In this document: positions 1 to 14,380 of the stretch, in pieces
How the letters are laid out: each line of letters starts with the position of its first letter
Numbering within the stretch: the stretch's first letter is position 1
Assembly: GCF_009914755.1 (NCBI RefSeq)
Contig: NC_060930.1
From: the human T2T-CHM13v2.0 reference genome, Homo sapiens
DNA: 64,000 nucleotides
Direction: 5' to 3' (one strand)
Made by a program: the position numbers and the translations under genes
Notes under the pieces: model-generated
The model's database searches: none
Told to the model about the DNA's origin: nothing
The model's input: only the letters and a program-made list of their open reading frames with translations

Positions 1-2748
1 AAAAGTGGTTTGCTTTACACATACTGACTTTCAAGGCTTTTTCTAGGGTACTTGGGGTTAGCATCACATACCTGAATTACTCAGGGGAATTTAAGTCAAA
101 TAAGAAGATCCTTACTCAGAGACAGCGCAGGTCTACTGATTTCTAGGACCTAGACTGAAGAAAAGTGTCATGTTGAATGAATTTTATGGATGCTATTGAT
201 GAGCATGGACAGCTAGAAAGTCCTTGAAGAGGGTAGGCAGCATGAGTCATCACTCTCAGAGTGACCTTTTCTGCAAAGGTGGACAACAGGTGTGGGATTC
301 ATGCAAATAATAGAAAAGGGTGACTCACTGCTTTTTAATTTAGACTACATTAGCGGGTAGGAAGGTTCCAATTCAGAAAAGAGACAAAGCCTCTATTATT
401 TCTTTGGCAGCTCTTTTTGTTTGTTTTTGAGCCTGCTTATCTCCCAAATTAGATAAAGTAACAGAAATAGAGGGAAGGTTCATAGAGAGGCTTAGATAAG
501 AGAAATGCCTGTGAAAATTCTGTCTGAAATAGGGCAAAAAGCTTCCCTGACTGAGTGTGATTCACCCTGTTATAAATTGGACAGAAGAAGAAACAGGACA
601 TATAATAGCTACTTTCTTTTTATTTCAAAAAGACATAGATACATTATTTTTCTTTTTCATCTTATAGTCCACTAATGCTGGAGGTATTTTTTAATATTTG
701 GAATTTTTCTATCACCTAGCGAATCTACTAAGACTCAATCTCTTCCTAAGCAAGTAAGACTTGAGACATTGTATTTTCCCTTTCAATTTGTTACCTTAAT
801 TTTGGTAAATAATTGTAAAGACTACAATAGTTAAAATGAGAAGGAATTTAAATGGTAACAGATAATGGCGAGCAATGAAGTGGCACAGTGATGTCTAGAA
901 AGATTGCATTATTGTGGGAATAACAGAATGAAACTATACAGCACTGCTATGTGACAGCTCAAGTCCAGCGCAGGCTAACAGCAGTAACTAAACATCATAG
1001 GAACACTTTATCCTTCACTAAAAGTATTTAGTGCTTTTAATCAGCTCAAATAAAAGAGTCTCATCACTCCTTGAAAATACATGACAAGAAGGAGCTCTTA
1101 GTTTTTGTAACTGTATATTTTATGGAGAAGATGCAAACACTTTAGAGTTTCCCCCAAGTGTGAAAGTGTTGTCTTTTTAAATAGGCAATTAAAAAAAGGA
1201 AGCCTGGCTTAGTTATGACTATGTAGTTCTCTCTGATTTGTATTTTCTACCAGCAACTTTGTAGTCAGCTGCAATTACAATTTGAAATTGTTTGCTCTTA
1301 TCGTCATCATTTGACCCTTCTTTCTGAACTCAGTCCAGCACTTTTCTTATCGATGTATGAGATACCATAAATTAGAGTTCTAGGAGCCCTTCATTGACTT
1401 GTTTGGAGAGGCTGTTTAAGGGGATTGAGTCTAGTGTGAGTTTCTGGCACCAGCAACTTGGTATGTTATGACTCAGTGCACAGAAATCATAAAAGACTGC
1501 TTCTCTCCCACTGGTCTTAAAAGGAGCTCAAAGTCCATGTTAGAAATAGTCATGCTTCTGAAAAATAAAGAGATTATCAAAATGCAGTAAAAACATAAAG
1601 ACTTACAAATAAAAGTTGGTCTCAAATTTTTAGAATATAGAATTTTCTTATTGTATGAGTAACTACTGCAGTACAGTTTCCCTCAAACTACACACCACAT
1701 AGATATGTTTCCAGAAGTTTTCTGAGAATAGAATCCAACAGAGAAGTTTATCCCAAAGCAAAGCTATCAGTTCATATATTGTTCCAGTTTCCATGCTATA
1801 TTCACTAAATATCCATCTCTAAGGCAATACTTTGCTCCTTGCTGGTAGGATACTAGGAGACCTGAATAGATGAGTAGAAACAAGTTGTTTATAATGATAT
1901 ATTATATGTTGAATACAGCTATGTGCAAATAATTTTAATTTGTAAAAGTTACTATTTTGGGAATTAATAACTGTAGTTTATGGATTCTAAGTATGATAAA
2001 TTATACTAATAGTCCTGGTAAATTTTTGTGGTAGGTTTTAATTCCCAGATAAAAGAGGATATTGAATAGAGTGAAACCTACCCTGGTAAATCCAGAAATA
2101 AGTCAACAAAATAAATAAAAAGAAGATTAGAATTAGAATATAAACAACTCTATCTTTCTTATATCCTCCAATCTTTATTGGCTTTAATAGTTCACAGATG
2201 AAAGGTTTGTGTTAAAATATACCACGCAAGCCTCAAATAAAGTTCGTTAACATCTAAAATTGTCATCCAGTAAGTCAAAATCAATAAAGCCCAAAAAATC
2301 AACGCTCCAAAAAGATGCCAAAATAAATGGTTTGATATAGGTACAACATAAGAGCTTCTTCCAGGTGATCTCTGGGGAGAAAAAGAAACAAAATTGGCAG
2401 CCTAGAGTTGCCAATTAGCAGGTTGGTTATATGAGAAATTGTGTCAGAATGTAAAATTTCCAGTGATTTATCAAAGATCCAGGAACACTCTTCCTCTTAG
2501 AATCATTAATTAATTGTGCACGTGTTTGTGTATTTGGTATTGTTGAGCAACTGTGTTTTGTCGTTATTTGAAAACTACAATCTCGTCTATAATTAGGAAT
2601 TCCCACAGTTCTTTAAACATCTGTTCTGCAGAAATTGCACTCTAATGTTTTCTAGTAATGTTTTTAGTTTCCCAAAAAGGATTATCATTCAAATAAAAAT
2701 GGACCCAGTTCTAAAATTTAAAAATTAAAATATATGCTATTATTTTAA

Positions 2749-3118
<370 letters not shown>

Positions 3119-3420
3119 TAGAAATAGTTAATACAATATTAAATAAGACTGAAATATGGGAGACAATACTCTTTGAAGAGAATAAGAGCTATTTCTAAAC
3201 CTGGTCTTTTTATCTTTTTTTTAATAGGAAATTAAATGCCCTTGATCTAGCATGATTATTATATTTTTCCTTATTTACACTTATAACTAAGAGAATTGAA
3301 ACATTTTGCCAAATTCAGAGTGCAAGTGACCATGAGCCATTTTCCCAGTTTCCTATCAGTATTTGTGGAAACTGATGACAATTAAACCTAATAAAATTTA
3401 AATTATTATTGTTGTTATGT

Positions 3421-3910
3421 AATTGAACTTTTCATTTTAAGATAATTGTAGATTCACTTCTGGTTGTAAGCAATAAAATAGAGAGGTTCCCTGTAAACTT
3501 TATACAATTTTCCCCAATGGAAAAAAAAAAAACACAGAAGTGTAGTATATCTCAAGCAGAATATAGATGTCAGTGCAATCGATTGATTTATTCAGATTTC
3601 CCCAGTTTAACTTGTTCTTGCTTGCATATGTGTGTGTGTGTATTCAGTTCTGTGCAATTCTATCACATGTGTAGATTTGTGTATTTAATACCACAGTCAG
3701 GATACAGAACAGCTCCATTAGCATAGGGATTCCTCATTGTGCCCTTTCATTACCACATTCACCTTCGGGCCCCTCACCATGCTTCACCCTCTTTAATTTT
3801 GTCATTTCAAGAATGTAATGCAAATGGAATCATGCCTTATGTATGATAATGGCTTTGTCTACCTGCAATAATTCTCTTGAGACTCATCCAAGTTGAATGT
3901 ACCAATATAA
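3421..3910 (-). mobile_element. Old L1M (L1MC-like) 3' end fragment
   Basis: Matches recalled L1MC 3' UTR in reverse ('gataattgtagattcac', 'ttcagatttccccagttt', 'ccacagtcaggatacagaacag'). Confidence 0.75.
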
Positions 3911-4019
3911 TTTTAAAATGTGGAGTCTATTAAGTAATATTGGAAGACAAATGTGATCATAATCTTAATACATTTTTAGGATCACTAACTAAGTTTTTTC
4001 TTCTTTGAATGGTCCAGTT

Positions 4020-4184
4020 TAGTGTTTCTCAGTCACCTAGGAGGCTTGTTAAACTAAAGCACAGCTTGCTGAGCCCACCCATAGTGTTTCTGATGAAGTA
4101 GTCTGGAGGCCCTGAGAACTGATCCACTTATCTAAAAACATCACAGTGAGGATGATGCTACTGACCTCACTTTTAATAGCGCTG
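4020..4184 (-). mobile_element. MER5A hAT-Charlie DNA transposon (degenerate)
   Basis: 'tcacctaggaggcttgttaaa...gtttctgatgaagtagtctgg...gatgatgcta' resembles MER5A reverse. Confidence 0.7.
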
Positions 4185-4374
4185 CTTAAAATTAATAATT
4201 AGGAGCTCATTATCATTCTAATTTGAAATATTGTTCTAAAATAATTCATTCTCACTCTCTTATTACCAGGAGTGGTGGATCTAGGAAAAACGGTGACACA
4301 TTCCACAGGATTCTCAAGAATCCTCCATTGTGCCTGGGAGGAAAACAGTCTCTAAATCAGATACTGAATAAGAA

Positions 4375-4870
4375 AATAGAAAACAGGCAGTTTACAAAAG
4401 AGGAAATATTAATTGTCAATAAGTGCATGAAAAATGTTTCTCAGTAGCAATTAGGGATATGCAAATTAAAGTAATGAGCTTGTAACTTAGCCTATTGGCA
4501 GATATTTCAAACTTTGGTAACACGACACATTGGTAAAAGAATAGAGAAGCATGTAGCTGTAATAGTTAATAGGCACAGCTCCTTGAATCGGCAGTTTTTC
4601 CTAACTATTAATATTAAATGTGCCTTATGGCTTAACTACTGTAATTTCAGATCTCTACCCTATAAAAAGAAACAAATACACGCCCAAGGGCAGATTATAA
4701 AGGGATTTGTTGCAGCTTTTTGAAAAATTAAACCTACCTAAATGTCCATCAATAAAAATAAAACTAATTAATAGCATTTAGCAGTTTCTAGAAAACAAAA
4801 TACTTCTCCATGTATTAGAGTGAAATATTTAAAATATGTTGGAAAAAAATCTTGTCAAAACAATACAAAT
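4375..4870 (+). mobile_element. Ancient L1M (L1ME-like) ORF2 3' fragment
   Basis: 'aacaggcagtttacaaaagaggaaat...atgcaaattaaa...aaatgtccatcaata' are L1 ORF2 C-terminal motifs. Confidence 0.65.
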
Positions 4871-4904
4871 ACTATATTATTTATTATAGCATTCATAGGA
4901 TACA

Positions 4905-5170
4905 AATAATAGCAAACAGATATTAAGCACTTACTACATGTTTGGCACTATATTAAGTGAATTACATACATTATTTTATTCCTTGCAACAGCTATGTAAG
5001 TTGAGTATCATAAATAATAACTAACATTACTGAATACTCATTATGTATGCTACGGATTGTTCAAAGTCATTTAATAATAATGATAACTAATACTTACTGA
5101 ATGCTTACTGAGTCCCAAGCAATGTTGTAAACACACCATAAACCCTAGGAAGTGAGTATTATTTACTATT
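4905..5170 (-). mobile_element. Cluster of MIR 3'-end fragments
   Basis: Three successive MIR-tail-like motifs ('taagcacttactacatg', 'tgaatactcattatg', 'tgaatgcttactg'). Confidence 0.5.
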
Positions 5171-5704
5171 TATCTCACAAAATCTGAGCAGGTACTTAAC
5201 AATGGACCTTGGGAAGCAAAGGAACCAAGGTAAAGCCAAGAGGCTGAGAATGTTAGCAACAGCAATTTGACAGGCTTTTCTCTAAAGCACTGTCATTAAT
5301 GGACCCCGCTTCGATAACATGGAGAATTTGTCTCCCCTCTCAAAGACCAAATAGCCACACCAGAAACTCTGGCTCAGGATCAGGCAGGGAAAGACGTCTC
5401 CCATATCAGCTCTGCCCATAGTGGCAGAATCTCAAGATTCAGACATATTCACTGCAGACCCATCTGCATGTACTGGTTGGTCTCAAAGATGGAGGAAGTT
5501 GGAGGGAAGGGACAGGAACACAGTTATAAGCCAGGAAGTTCACTCCAACTCTTGTCTCCTTTCCCATGTGAAGCACCTGGTAGAGGCAAATAATGAGTGG
5601 GAGCTATTGATTCAACTAACATTTTAAAGCATTTTTTTGTGTGCCCAGGCTGCACCTGGCACTTTAATAATTCTCACTTGTATAATGTGTATGCTTTATA
5701 AAGG

Positions 5705-5905
5705 TCTTTTACATAGACTTGTCTCTTTTTTAATCCTCAAAACAAGCACAAGAATCCACGTGGTACAGATAGTGTTTTCCCTAATTTTTATAGATGAGGA
5801 AACACTCAAGCAGACAAATGCCTTGCCCAAAAGCAGCACGGAAAGTAAGCGTAGAACTAGAACTCTGACCCAGGACTTTTTAATCCCCAGCCAGTCCTCT
5901 TCCAA
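5705..5905 (-). mobile_element. MIR SINE
   Basis: 'tttaatcctcaaaac...ttttatagatgaggaaac...ccttgcccaa' MIR core. Confidence 0.75.
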
Positions 5906-6297
5906 TTGAGACTATGATGTGAGTATTCAGCACTAACTTGGGTAAAAGACACTAAGGGTAGCTTATTCCATTGAAAAAGAGGAATTTAATGTCCAAGGAG
6001 GTGAGTAATAGGGTCCAGATGAAAGATTTTACTAGCTATAGAATGAAAATGATAACAGAGAGGGGATTTATTCAGAAGGAAGCACCAAATTTATTGATGA
6101 GATTTATCTAATAAATGACAGTGAAGAACAAAATAGACTTTGTTCGTCTAATTTAGGAAAGAATCACTCCATGTGGAATAAACAGATCAATTTTCTGTGA
6201 TGATTTGAAAATATTCTACATTTGTAACAATATATGAACATGGCATCAAGATACCATTTGCTTAGAGATGAAAATCAGTGGTGAACAAAAAGGCTTA

Positions 6298-6624
6298 TTT
6301 TTATTTTTATTTTATTTTGTTTTATCTTATCTTTCTTATCTGCTTTTAGTTTAGTTTAGTTTAGTTTAGTTTGAGATGGGTTCTCACTCTGTCACCCAGG
6401 CTAGAGCCTTGACCTTCCTGACTCAAGTGATCCTCTCACCTCAGCTTCACAGAGTAGCTGTGACCATAGACACACACCACCATGCCTGGGTAATTTTTTT
6501 ACTTTTGTAGATAGGGAGTCCTACTACATTTTGCAGGCTGGACTAGAATTTCTGCACTCAAGTAATCCTCCTGCCTCAGGCTCCTAAAGTGCTGGGATTA
6601 TAGGTATGAGCCACTGCACCCCAA
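6298..6624 (-). mobile_element. AluJ with ~28-nt internal deletion and (TTTAG)n-expanded tail
   Basis: Diverged Alu in reverse; 'ggctagag|ccttgacc' skips part of the right arm; degenerate TSD aacaaaaaggctta / aacatataggctta. Confidence 0.9.
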
Positions 6625-7994
6625 CATATAGGCTTAATGTTAATGTTCTTGGAGAAAGTTGCACCATAGGATTAGTAAAGTATTAGCTTTCTTGTAGATA
6701 CCCTCATTTGCATCATTTGTCATGTAAGGGTTGAATCGGAATTACAGAGCAAATATAGAAATTATCCAGTCAAGGCTGTAGTCTCCTCCTAGGCCAAGTT
6801 AATTCCTCATTAGAAAATATTCCTAGGCCTTTCCTCCTGAGGGTCAGGCACAGAAATAACAAGAGTAAGAAATCGGCTAAGTATCTTTTGCTAAAAAGAA
6901 AATAATTATTTCCCCTTATTTCTCTGATTTTTTCAGGCAATTGCATTATGTTACATCTAAACATGTCTGATTCATAATGAAGAGATTATTTTAGCAAAAT
7001 AGGATATTGTCACTGTCTTGTTGCTGTGAGATGAAGGACAGTATTTTGTCTCCACAGCTATCAAATCTAAATATTGAGACTTTAAAATTCAACATGTTTT
7101 TCACTGAATTCATCCTGCAGATGTCAGCTAGCTGAATGATCATTATGATTCTCTGTGATAAATGTTGGATTGATTTAATTATATTAGCTCATTCTATCAT
7201 TATGGAAAAAATCTTTTTTTGTTTATATGGTCTAAAGATTATTTCATACCTTCAAGATCTGGAAAGGGGAAAAAGCAAGTTGAAGAACAAAGAATGTTTC
7301 ACATTTTCTGGTGTGAGCTCCATGTCTAGCTCCATGTCTAGCTCACAACAATAACATATTCATGCAGGACTCGTGTAATTTTAAAAGGATGATGAAATAA
7401 ATGCTTCATTCAGACAATGAGAAATAGTGCTTTTTACTCACAATGTTGGTTAAAAGTTAATTTTTGTGAAGTCACTTAGTGGTCTTAGTTTCTAAGGCAA
7501 ATTTTTGTTTGCACCTATTACTCAGTAGTTTATTTGTGTAGGAGATTTTCATCACTTTTCAAAAATTTGCCTTAAAAAATTGAAAATATTAACAGCTCTT
7601 AAGTGTATTGGAAGTTTTAGCTTTCAGCAGTATTACATATGATCTTTCCAGAAGATAAGAATATACTACCAAAAATTTAAAGACAACCTCTTACAAATTT
7701 TCTTCTAATGCTCTTTGTAGGTGAAGATATTAAAAAACTGTTTTAAAGATATTGTAACTAAGTTACTTATGAGATATAACCCCTTTTCCACAGCCACCTA
7801 CCAAACTCTCCAAGTAGACTAAATCTTGGCTTTGGGTTCTAAAACCATTTCTTTATTTTCCCCCTTTCTATAGTCTAATAAATGTGATTGGAAGGGTTGT
7901 ATAAATGTGCATTTGTTAAGAGGCACAGAGGAAAAAGAGAAAGAAGACTCTCAGACTGTACTTCTTGGTCTTTTTGATGAGCTCAGTGTCCTCC

Positions 7995-9130
7995 AACATC
8001 ACCTCTGAATGTTGGGGATCCTAAGTGCCTGTTCTGGTCTTTTGTTCTTCTTAAACCTTTTGGGTAATCTTGTCTTTACCTAAATCTCAATTATCACACG
8101 TAGACCTGGCATTCTCAAATCTATACCTACAGCTCAGATCCTTTCTGTGAGCTCCAGGTTTCTACCTCCAACTGCATAGTGAACATCTCCAAGCACATGT
8201 CTCCCAGGCACCACAAACTTAGAAGTTACAAAAGTGGATTCATTTCCCTCAACCTCAAACCTATTCCACATCCTGTTAACCCAGTGGTTTTCAACCAGAG
8301 ATGATTTTGCCCCAAGAGACATTTGGCAATCTGTTGAGACATTTGTGATCATCATGTTTGGTGTTAGAGGGGCACTACTGGCATACGATGGGAGATCCTA
8401 ACATGCTGCTACACATTCTACAATTTACAGGACACTCCTTCCCACAAACACAACAAAGAATTTGCTGGGGCAAAATGTCAGTAGGGCTAAGTTTGAGGAG
8501 AGATTAATTTTCAAAATGGTTAACATGATGGTTAATTGATAGTTACTAGTTTAATATCTCAGAGAAGAAAGATACCACCATCCATCCTTGAAGTTATCCC
8601 TATTTTCTTTCTCTCTCTCACTTCCCTCTTCTAGATGGTCACCAATCCCATGGATTCTAGACACAATCGACCCCTAAATTGCCACCCGTTCTACCATGAC
8701 TTTAGTTCATACTGTCTCCTAGACTACATCATCCCTCTTATTAAATCTCTCTTTAATATCCCTCCACATCAGGCTTCTTACTGCTGCTTGAAAGATCTTG
8801 CCAAAATACAAATCTATTCATGTTACTCTTATGTAAAAACCATCAATCGCTTCTGCTGCCTATGGATAACATTCAGACTGATGATATAGTTCTTGTCCAG
8901 CCCCTTTATACCTGTTTAGTTCCTTATCTACAAACTCCCCAATCTCAGCTTCCGGTTCCCCAAACCCTCCATACACGCTAAGTTACCTGAAGATCTAGAG
9001 GAATTCTTGCTATCCTTCAGCTTGTGTGTCTTTGTATATCAGCCATCTCTTTATTCTTTTTTTTTCTGGTTAGTTTATACCTGTTATTCAAGCCACAGGT
9101 CATCTATAACTTTGTCTTCTTTTCCTAACA
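7995..9130 (+). mobile_element. L2 LINE fragments (split by MER20)
   Basis: 'ctcaaatctatacctacagctcagatcctttctgtgagctccagg...ccaactgc...acatctcca' resembles L2 RT region; resumes after ~8570. Confidence 0.7.
8282..8497 (+). mobile_element. MER20 hAT-Charlie DNA transposon
   Basis: 'cagtggttttcaacc...gattttgcccc...gacatttggcaat...acaacaaagaatt...caaaatgtca' matches MER20. Confidence 0.9.
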
Positions 9131-9244
9131 AACCCAGATCTGCAAAGAATACCTATATTCATCAAGATTCATGGTTGAAAATAGCAGAATAAGATTCTGG
9201 ATAACTTGAATAGAAAATGAATTTATTTAAAAGTTTTCAGTGGC

Positions 9245-9710
9245 TATATTGAGTTGAATCATTTCTCCCAAAACATGTCAACCCTGGACTTGTGAATGAG
9301 ACCTTATTTGGAAATAGGGTTGCTGCAAGAGTAAATCAAGTTATGATAAGATCATACTTGGTTAAGGTAGGCCCTAAGTCACATATGACTAGTGTCCTTA
9401 TAAGAAGGAAATTTGGATACAGATACACAAATGGACAGGGAAGAATGTCATGCTATGTTTTTGTAAAAATAGGCAGAAATTAGAGTGATGCACCTGCAAG
9501 CCAAGGAACTTTAAGGATTGCCAGCAAGTGCCAGAAGCCAAGGAGAGAGGCATGAAACTGATTCTTCTTCTGAGCCTCCAGAAGGAACCAACCCTGACAA
9601 CACCTTGATTTTGGAATTCCAGCTTCCTGAACTGTGAGAAAGTAAATTTCTCTGATTTTAGCCACCCAATGTATGGATGTTTGCTATGGTAGCCCTAGGA
9701 AACTACTACA
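9245..9710 (+). mobile_element. MLT1C-like MaLR solo LTR, apparently inside an older MLT1-like relic
   Basis: 'gaccttatttggaaataggg...gccaaggaa...gaactgtgaga...ggaaactactaca'; 5-bp TSD gtggc / gtagc. Confidence 0.85.
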
Positions 9711-9998
9711 GTAGCCCGTATAATCAATACAAAGGATTAAAATATGTGCTGTGGCTACTGAGTCAAAGCACAGTTAAAACCCTGCCCTGAAAACAATTTG
9801 CTTAGAAAGTTGTCTCTTGACACTCGACAGCCCTGTCAGCATTCTATGGACACTCTTTGTATAACTGGACTCCTTTACTTATCAACATTTACTGCTCACC
9901 ACTAGATCCTCAGCTCAGCCTCAGACACCATCAACCCTTTCAACTCCCCATGTGACTCTGTCTCACTCTCTCTAGTTTGATGATAGCAGTGCTCCTAG

Positions 9999-10162
9999 CA
10001 GGCCCAGCTACATAATTTGAGGGCCCCAGTGCAAACTGAAAACATTGGGCTCCTTGTCCAAAAATTATTAATAGTTTTAATATTTAACCATTAAATTAGG
10101 AGCATTAAACCAACTGTTGAACTCTTCTAAGCATGGGTCACACAGCCATGATGCTAGCCCTG
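9999..10162 (-). mobile_element. MER45A hAT-Tip100 DNA transposon
   Basis: CAGG...CCTG termini, 'gctacataatttg...ccagtgcaaa'; 8-bp TSD gctcctag / gcttttag. Confidence 0.85.
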
Positions 10163-10630
10163 GCTTTTAGTCGTGCTCCATGACATACTGATGCTTGGCA
10201 CTGACAAAGTTCACAGAAGTATTGTCCACTGCTTTCCATCTTTATAATGGACAACAGGGCCCTCCCTCCCACTTATTTTTCATTCCTTTAAAATAAAGTG
10301 ATCTGATGTTTGGTAACCAAATGACAAATGTTTTAGGGCAGAGCTTATAAATATTTCATAGCACTGCATTGCAATTGACCACTTTCATATCTATCTTCTC
10401 TGCTAAACTGTTAGAAGACAAATGCTGAATTGAACAAGTAATGTTCTTTTCTTGTGGCCAACACTTTAAATCAGAGATGACTCACATAAATGATATACGG
10501 AATTTTCATTTCCTTGATAGTTTTCTCCTTATGTGGATAATTTTATTCTAATCATAGGAAATATGGATAGGAAATTTTGATGCTTTGTGCTTATTTCAGT
10601 TCTACTAACTTGACACGGAGAGAATTTTCT

Positions 10631-10913
10631 TTCTCTGTGTCTTTTTTTTTTCTTTTGAGACAGAGTGAAGTGGCATGATATTGGCTCACTGAAACCTCCA
10701 CCTCCCGGGTTCAAGTGATTTTCCTGCCTCAGCCTCCTGTGTAACTGGGATTACAGGCACACACCACCACCCCAGGCTAATTTTTGTATTTTTAGTAGAG
10801 ATGGGGTTTCATCATGTTGGCCAGGCCGGTCTCAAACTCCTGACCTCAAGAGATCTGCACCACTGCGCCTCTCAAAGTGCTGGGATTACAGTTGTGAGCC
10901 ACCATGCCTGGCC
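10631..10913 (-). mobile_element. AluS with ~25-nt deletion between GAGT repeats
   Basis: Alu in reverse; 'gagacagagt|gaagtgg' junction; degenerate TSD gagagaattttct / aagagcattttct. Confidence 0.92.
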
Positions 10914-12307
10914 AAGAGCATTTTCTAATTATCATATATATTGAAAAGTCAGTACCTTTATTAAGATGAAAACAATTGTCCAGGCTCTAACTTTTAAAAT
11001 ATCAACCTTGTTAAGGCAAATCAATTTCCATGTATCTCATTTCTTTCCTACCAACTAGTAAAGGACCATCTTTTCTGAAAGCCCCAGAATGGCTTGATAT
11101 GCTCATCCAGTTTTGTTGCAACTTTACTAGGCAGTCCAGCCTCTGGAAAGATTGGATCTCAAAACAGAATGAACTTTCCACGTTCTCTTTTGAAAGATAA
11201 ACATGCACTCTATAAACTTCATCGGACTAAACAACAGAAACATCTGTTTAGACTCATGTGCAGCTTTTTGGCTGAGTTCAGCAACAGGGAGGCTTAGGAA
11301 GTGTGTTCATTAGCTGTATTCTGCAGCACCCAAACATCATTGCTGGTCACAATTATGCACTGGAGAGATTACCAAGCATGGGAATAACCAAACTAGACAG
11401 CTATCCATAAACAATCTCTGGTAATGCTATTACACTGTCCTTACATCCCATGGTTTTGTCTTCCATGAGAAATAACTTTAGGACATAAATAAGCATGAAA
11501 TAGAAAAGATTGCAGAACTAGATATGGTCGTTAGATCATTCAAATGAATATAAATACAGAGTTCTAGAAAAAAGCCTAGAAGAGCATCCCAAGGCTGTTT
11601 ACTCACCATTATCTCTAGTCAATCCTTCTTACCAGATTAAAAGTACAAAATATTATTCTCTGCTAGTTACAAGTAACATCTGAACAGCTATCCTTAGAAC
11701 TCTACTCCCATGTGTTTCCTGACTCAATAGTGAGTGATTTTTCATACTAGCTCTACGAGGTAAGTTTTATTATCATTTGATGAAAGAGGGAACTAAAGCT
11801 TGGAGAGTTAGTGACTTTTCAAGCTCAGAAAGTTAAAAAATAAGAAGATCCAACTGAAAACTGAGATCTCTTCAATCTATGCCCATTTCTTGTTGATACT
11901 GTTATTTTTTTACTGTGCCCAATAAACTCAGCTTTTAAATTTCAAGTATATCAGGCATTCTATATCTGATCTGTTTAAATGATCTATAATTAAGTAGGAA
12001 TTAAATTACCAGATATTTTCTAGCATTAAAGCTAGAAAACAGCAGGTTTTGAGGAAGTAGATATAGAAAAGGCCCCCTGGAATAGAATGTACTAGGAGTG
12101 GGTAAAGAAGACCAATTAACAAGGAGGTCTGAGACAGCTGAAGAAAATCCATCTATTTTATATTTTTTAACCAGGTTCAGTTGACTTTATGTTGGAAATG
12201 TTAAATGTGACAGAAGTAAATGATAAAGTTGAAGAAAATTTACTCAACTTTATACATATCTTCATGAAGGCAAGATTCTGCTTGATTTTCCAAAAGTTTT
12301 TTATGAG

Positions 12308-12360
12308 ATATATATGTGTGTGTATGTGTGTGTGTGTATGTGTGTACGTATGTATCTATA
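12308..12360. repeat. (TA)n/(TG)n microsatellite
   Basis: gatatatatgtgtgtgtatgtgtgtgtgtgtatgtgtg. Confidence 0.9.
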
Positions 12361-12782
12361 CAGCACATTCCAACCAATAGCCCTATTGCATCTCTTAGTA
12401 AGAATGCTTTTAATATTATATATTTATATATAAGATTATTGATGTGTGTGTGTCCATTAAGTTTCATAAATCCATAAAAAACCTGTTTGGCTTTCATTTC
12501 ACATTAAACATTTGAAAACAAAAACGATCATTCAAAAATCTGAATTCACTAGTTTTCTACATGAACCATGGCTGTGTCACTCAGATTCAAATTAAAGTAA
12601 AGCTGATTGAATGTATATTTTAAAAACTGAATCATTAGGTTGTTTTACTTCAAATAAAAAAATGCATATTGTTTAAGCAAATGTTTTACGCACTTTATTT
12701 TCCAGAAATGTTACTTTTATATTGAATGACATAGGATGTGCCCTGGAAAGCTTAGCATCGGAGATCCACTCCCTAATTCAGC

Positions 12783-12805
12783 AAAAAAAAAAAAAAAAAA
12801 AAAAA
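12783..12805. repeat. Isolated (A)23 tract
   Basis: 23 consecutive A with no recognisable element body upstream. Confidence 0.95.
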
Positions 12806-12995
12806 TCAAATTCTAAAATTAAGAGTCCTCCTATGTTGCTTTGAGCCAAAACTTTCATCAAAGTTCATTTATAGAATAGTACAATTGGCTTTTAAAGATA
12901 TTGTTAAGATTTAAAAGTTAATACACGTTTATTGAAAAAATTTTAAAAGTATAGAAAAGTACCCATTGCCCATAATCCCAGTATTCATAATCATT

Positions 12996-13302
<307 letters not shown>

Positions 13303-14380
13303 TAATGTATATGAACAATCATACAGCCTTTTACACAGTGATAGAAGGAATAACACTGGCATGATAGTAAATGGTATAGTACCATTTAAAAATTTAATGA
13401 ATTCCATATAAAAATGATTTCATTATGGAAAACTTGGTAAATACAGAAAAACAGAAGAAAAACATCACTCAATCATTCATACGCATGGTTTTTATAAAGG
13501 TATTATTTTATATTAGTGCATTTTATGCCATTTCACTGTCCATGTTGCTGATAATACTGCAGGCACTGATTTTTAGGAAAATACAGAGACAAGAGAGGAA
13601 GGAGGTAATATAAAGAGAGGCTTGATGACAGTTAATATCTACCATGGATGGTTTGTTGATCTTTTCCAATATAAAATATAGCCCACAAAAACTCAGATCT
13701 TTCAATAAGAGCTTTAAAGGTACAGAAAAACATCAGAAATTCCTTGGCATTTAAATGGCTTTATGTACAGTTTTGCTTTTTCGATAGAAGTAAAAGATTC
13801 TATCCCAACTTCCAAACTTTGTAAGTAGTTTAGTTATTGTTAGCAAGAACAAGTAGAGAATGATAAATATTATGGTTTTAAGTGGTCCTCATCTATACTG
13901 TGGGACGAACAATGAGAAATATTCTTCCTGATATTATCAAAGGAGCAGATGCAGAAATAGTTGAAGCAAAAATAGTTGAAGGAAACATTAAGAGACAAAT
14001 TCTACTCTGGGCTTCAAATTCACCTGAAAATACATGATCCAACTGGATCCCTGGGACTGGGATCCATAAATCCTTAAACAATCCATAAGTCCTTTATACC
14101 ACAGTCTTTCTTTTTTTGAGATTTTCATTTCAGTTTATCTTCCATTTGGCCAAATTTAAGTCTTTTCTTTATAGAAACACACATTAGTGTAACATTTTCT
14201 GAATCCTTGTACATCCAAGAATATTTTTCCCAAAGGAAAGAAAATTAGCTAAGTATAATTCTTGTGTCACTAACCTCTCCTTTCAAAATTCTGTGAAGAA
14301 ATCTCCACTTTTTACTAGCATTTTGTTTTATAAAAAACAACAAAATTTTTATTGTTTTTTAAATAATTTGTTAAGCCTGC

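Noticed and set aside
4307-4324. Palindrome AGGATTCT-CA-AGAATCCT containing a TTC-N4-GAA STAT6-like site
   Set aside because: An 8-bp-arm inverted repeat is expected by chance in 64 kb and has no supporting context.
7316-7344. AGCTCCATGTCT x2.4 tandem repeat
   Set aside because: Ordinary 12-bp slippage duplication.
11011-11297. Overlapping 65-aa and 67-aa ORFs in unique DNA
   Set aside because: No recognisable homology or splice structure; lengths are within random expectation.
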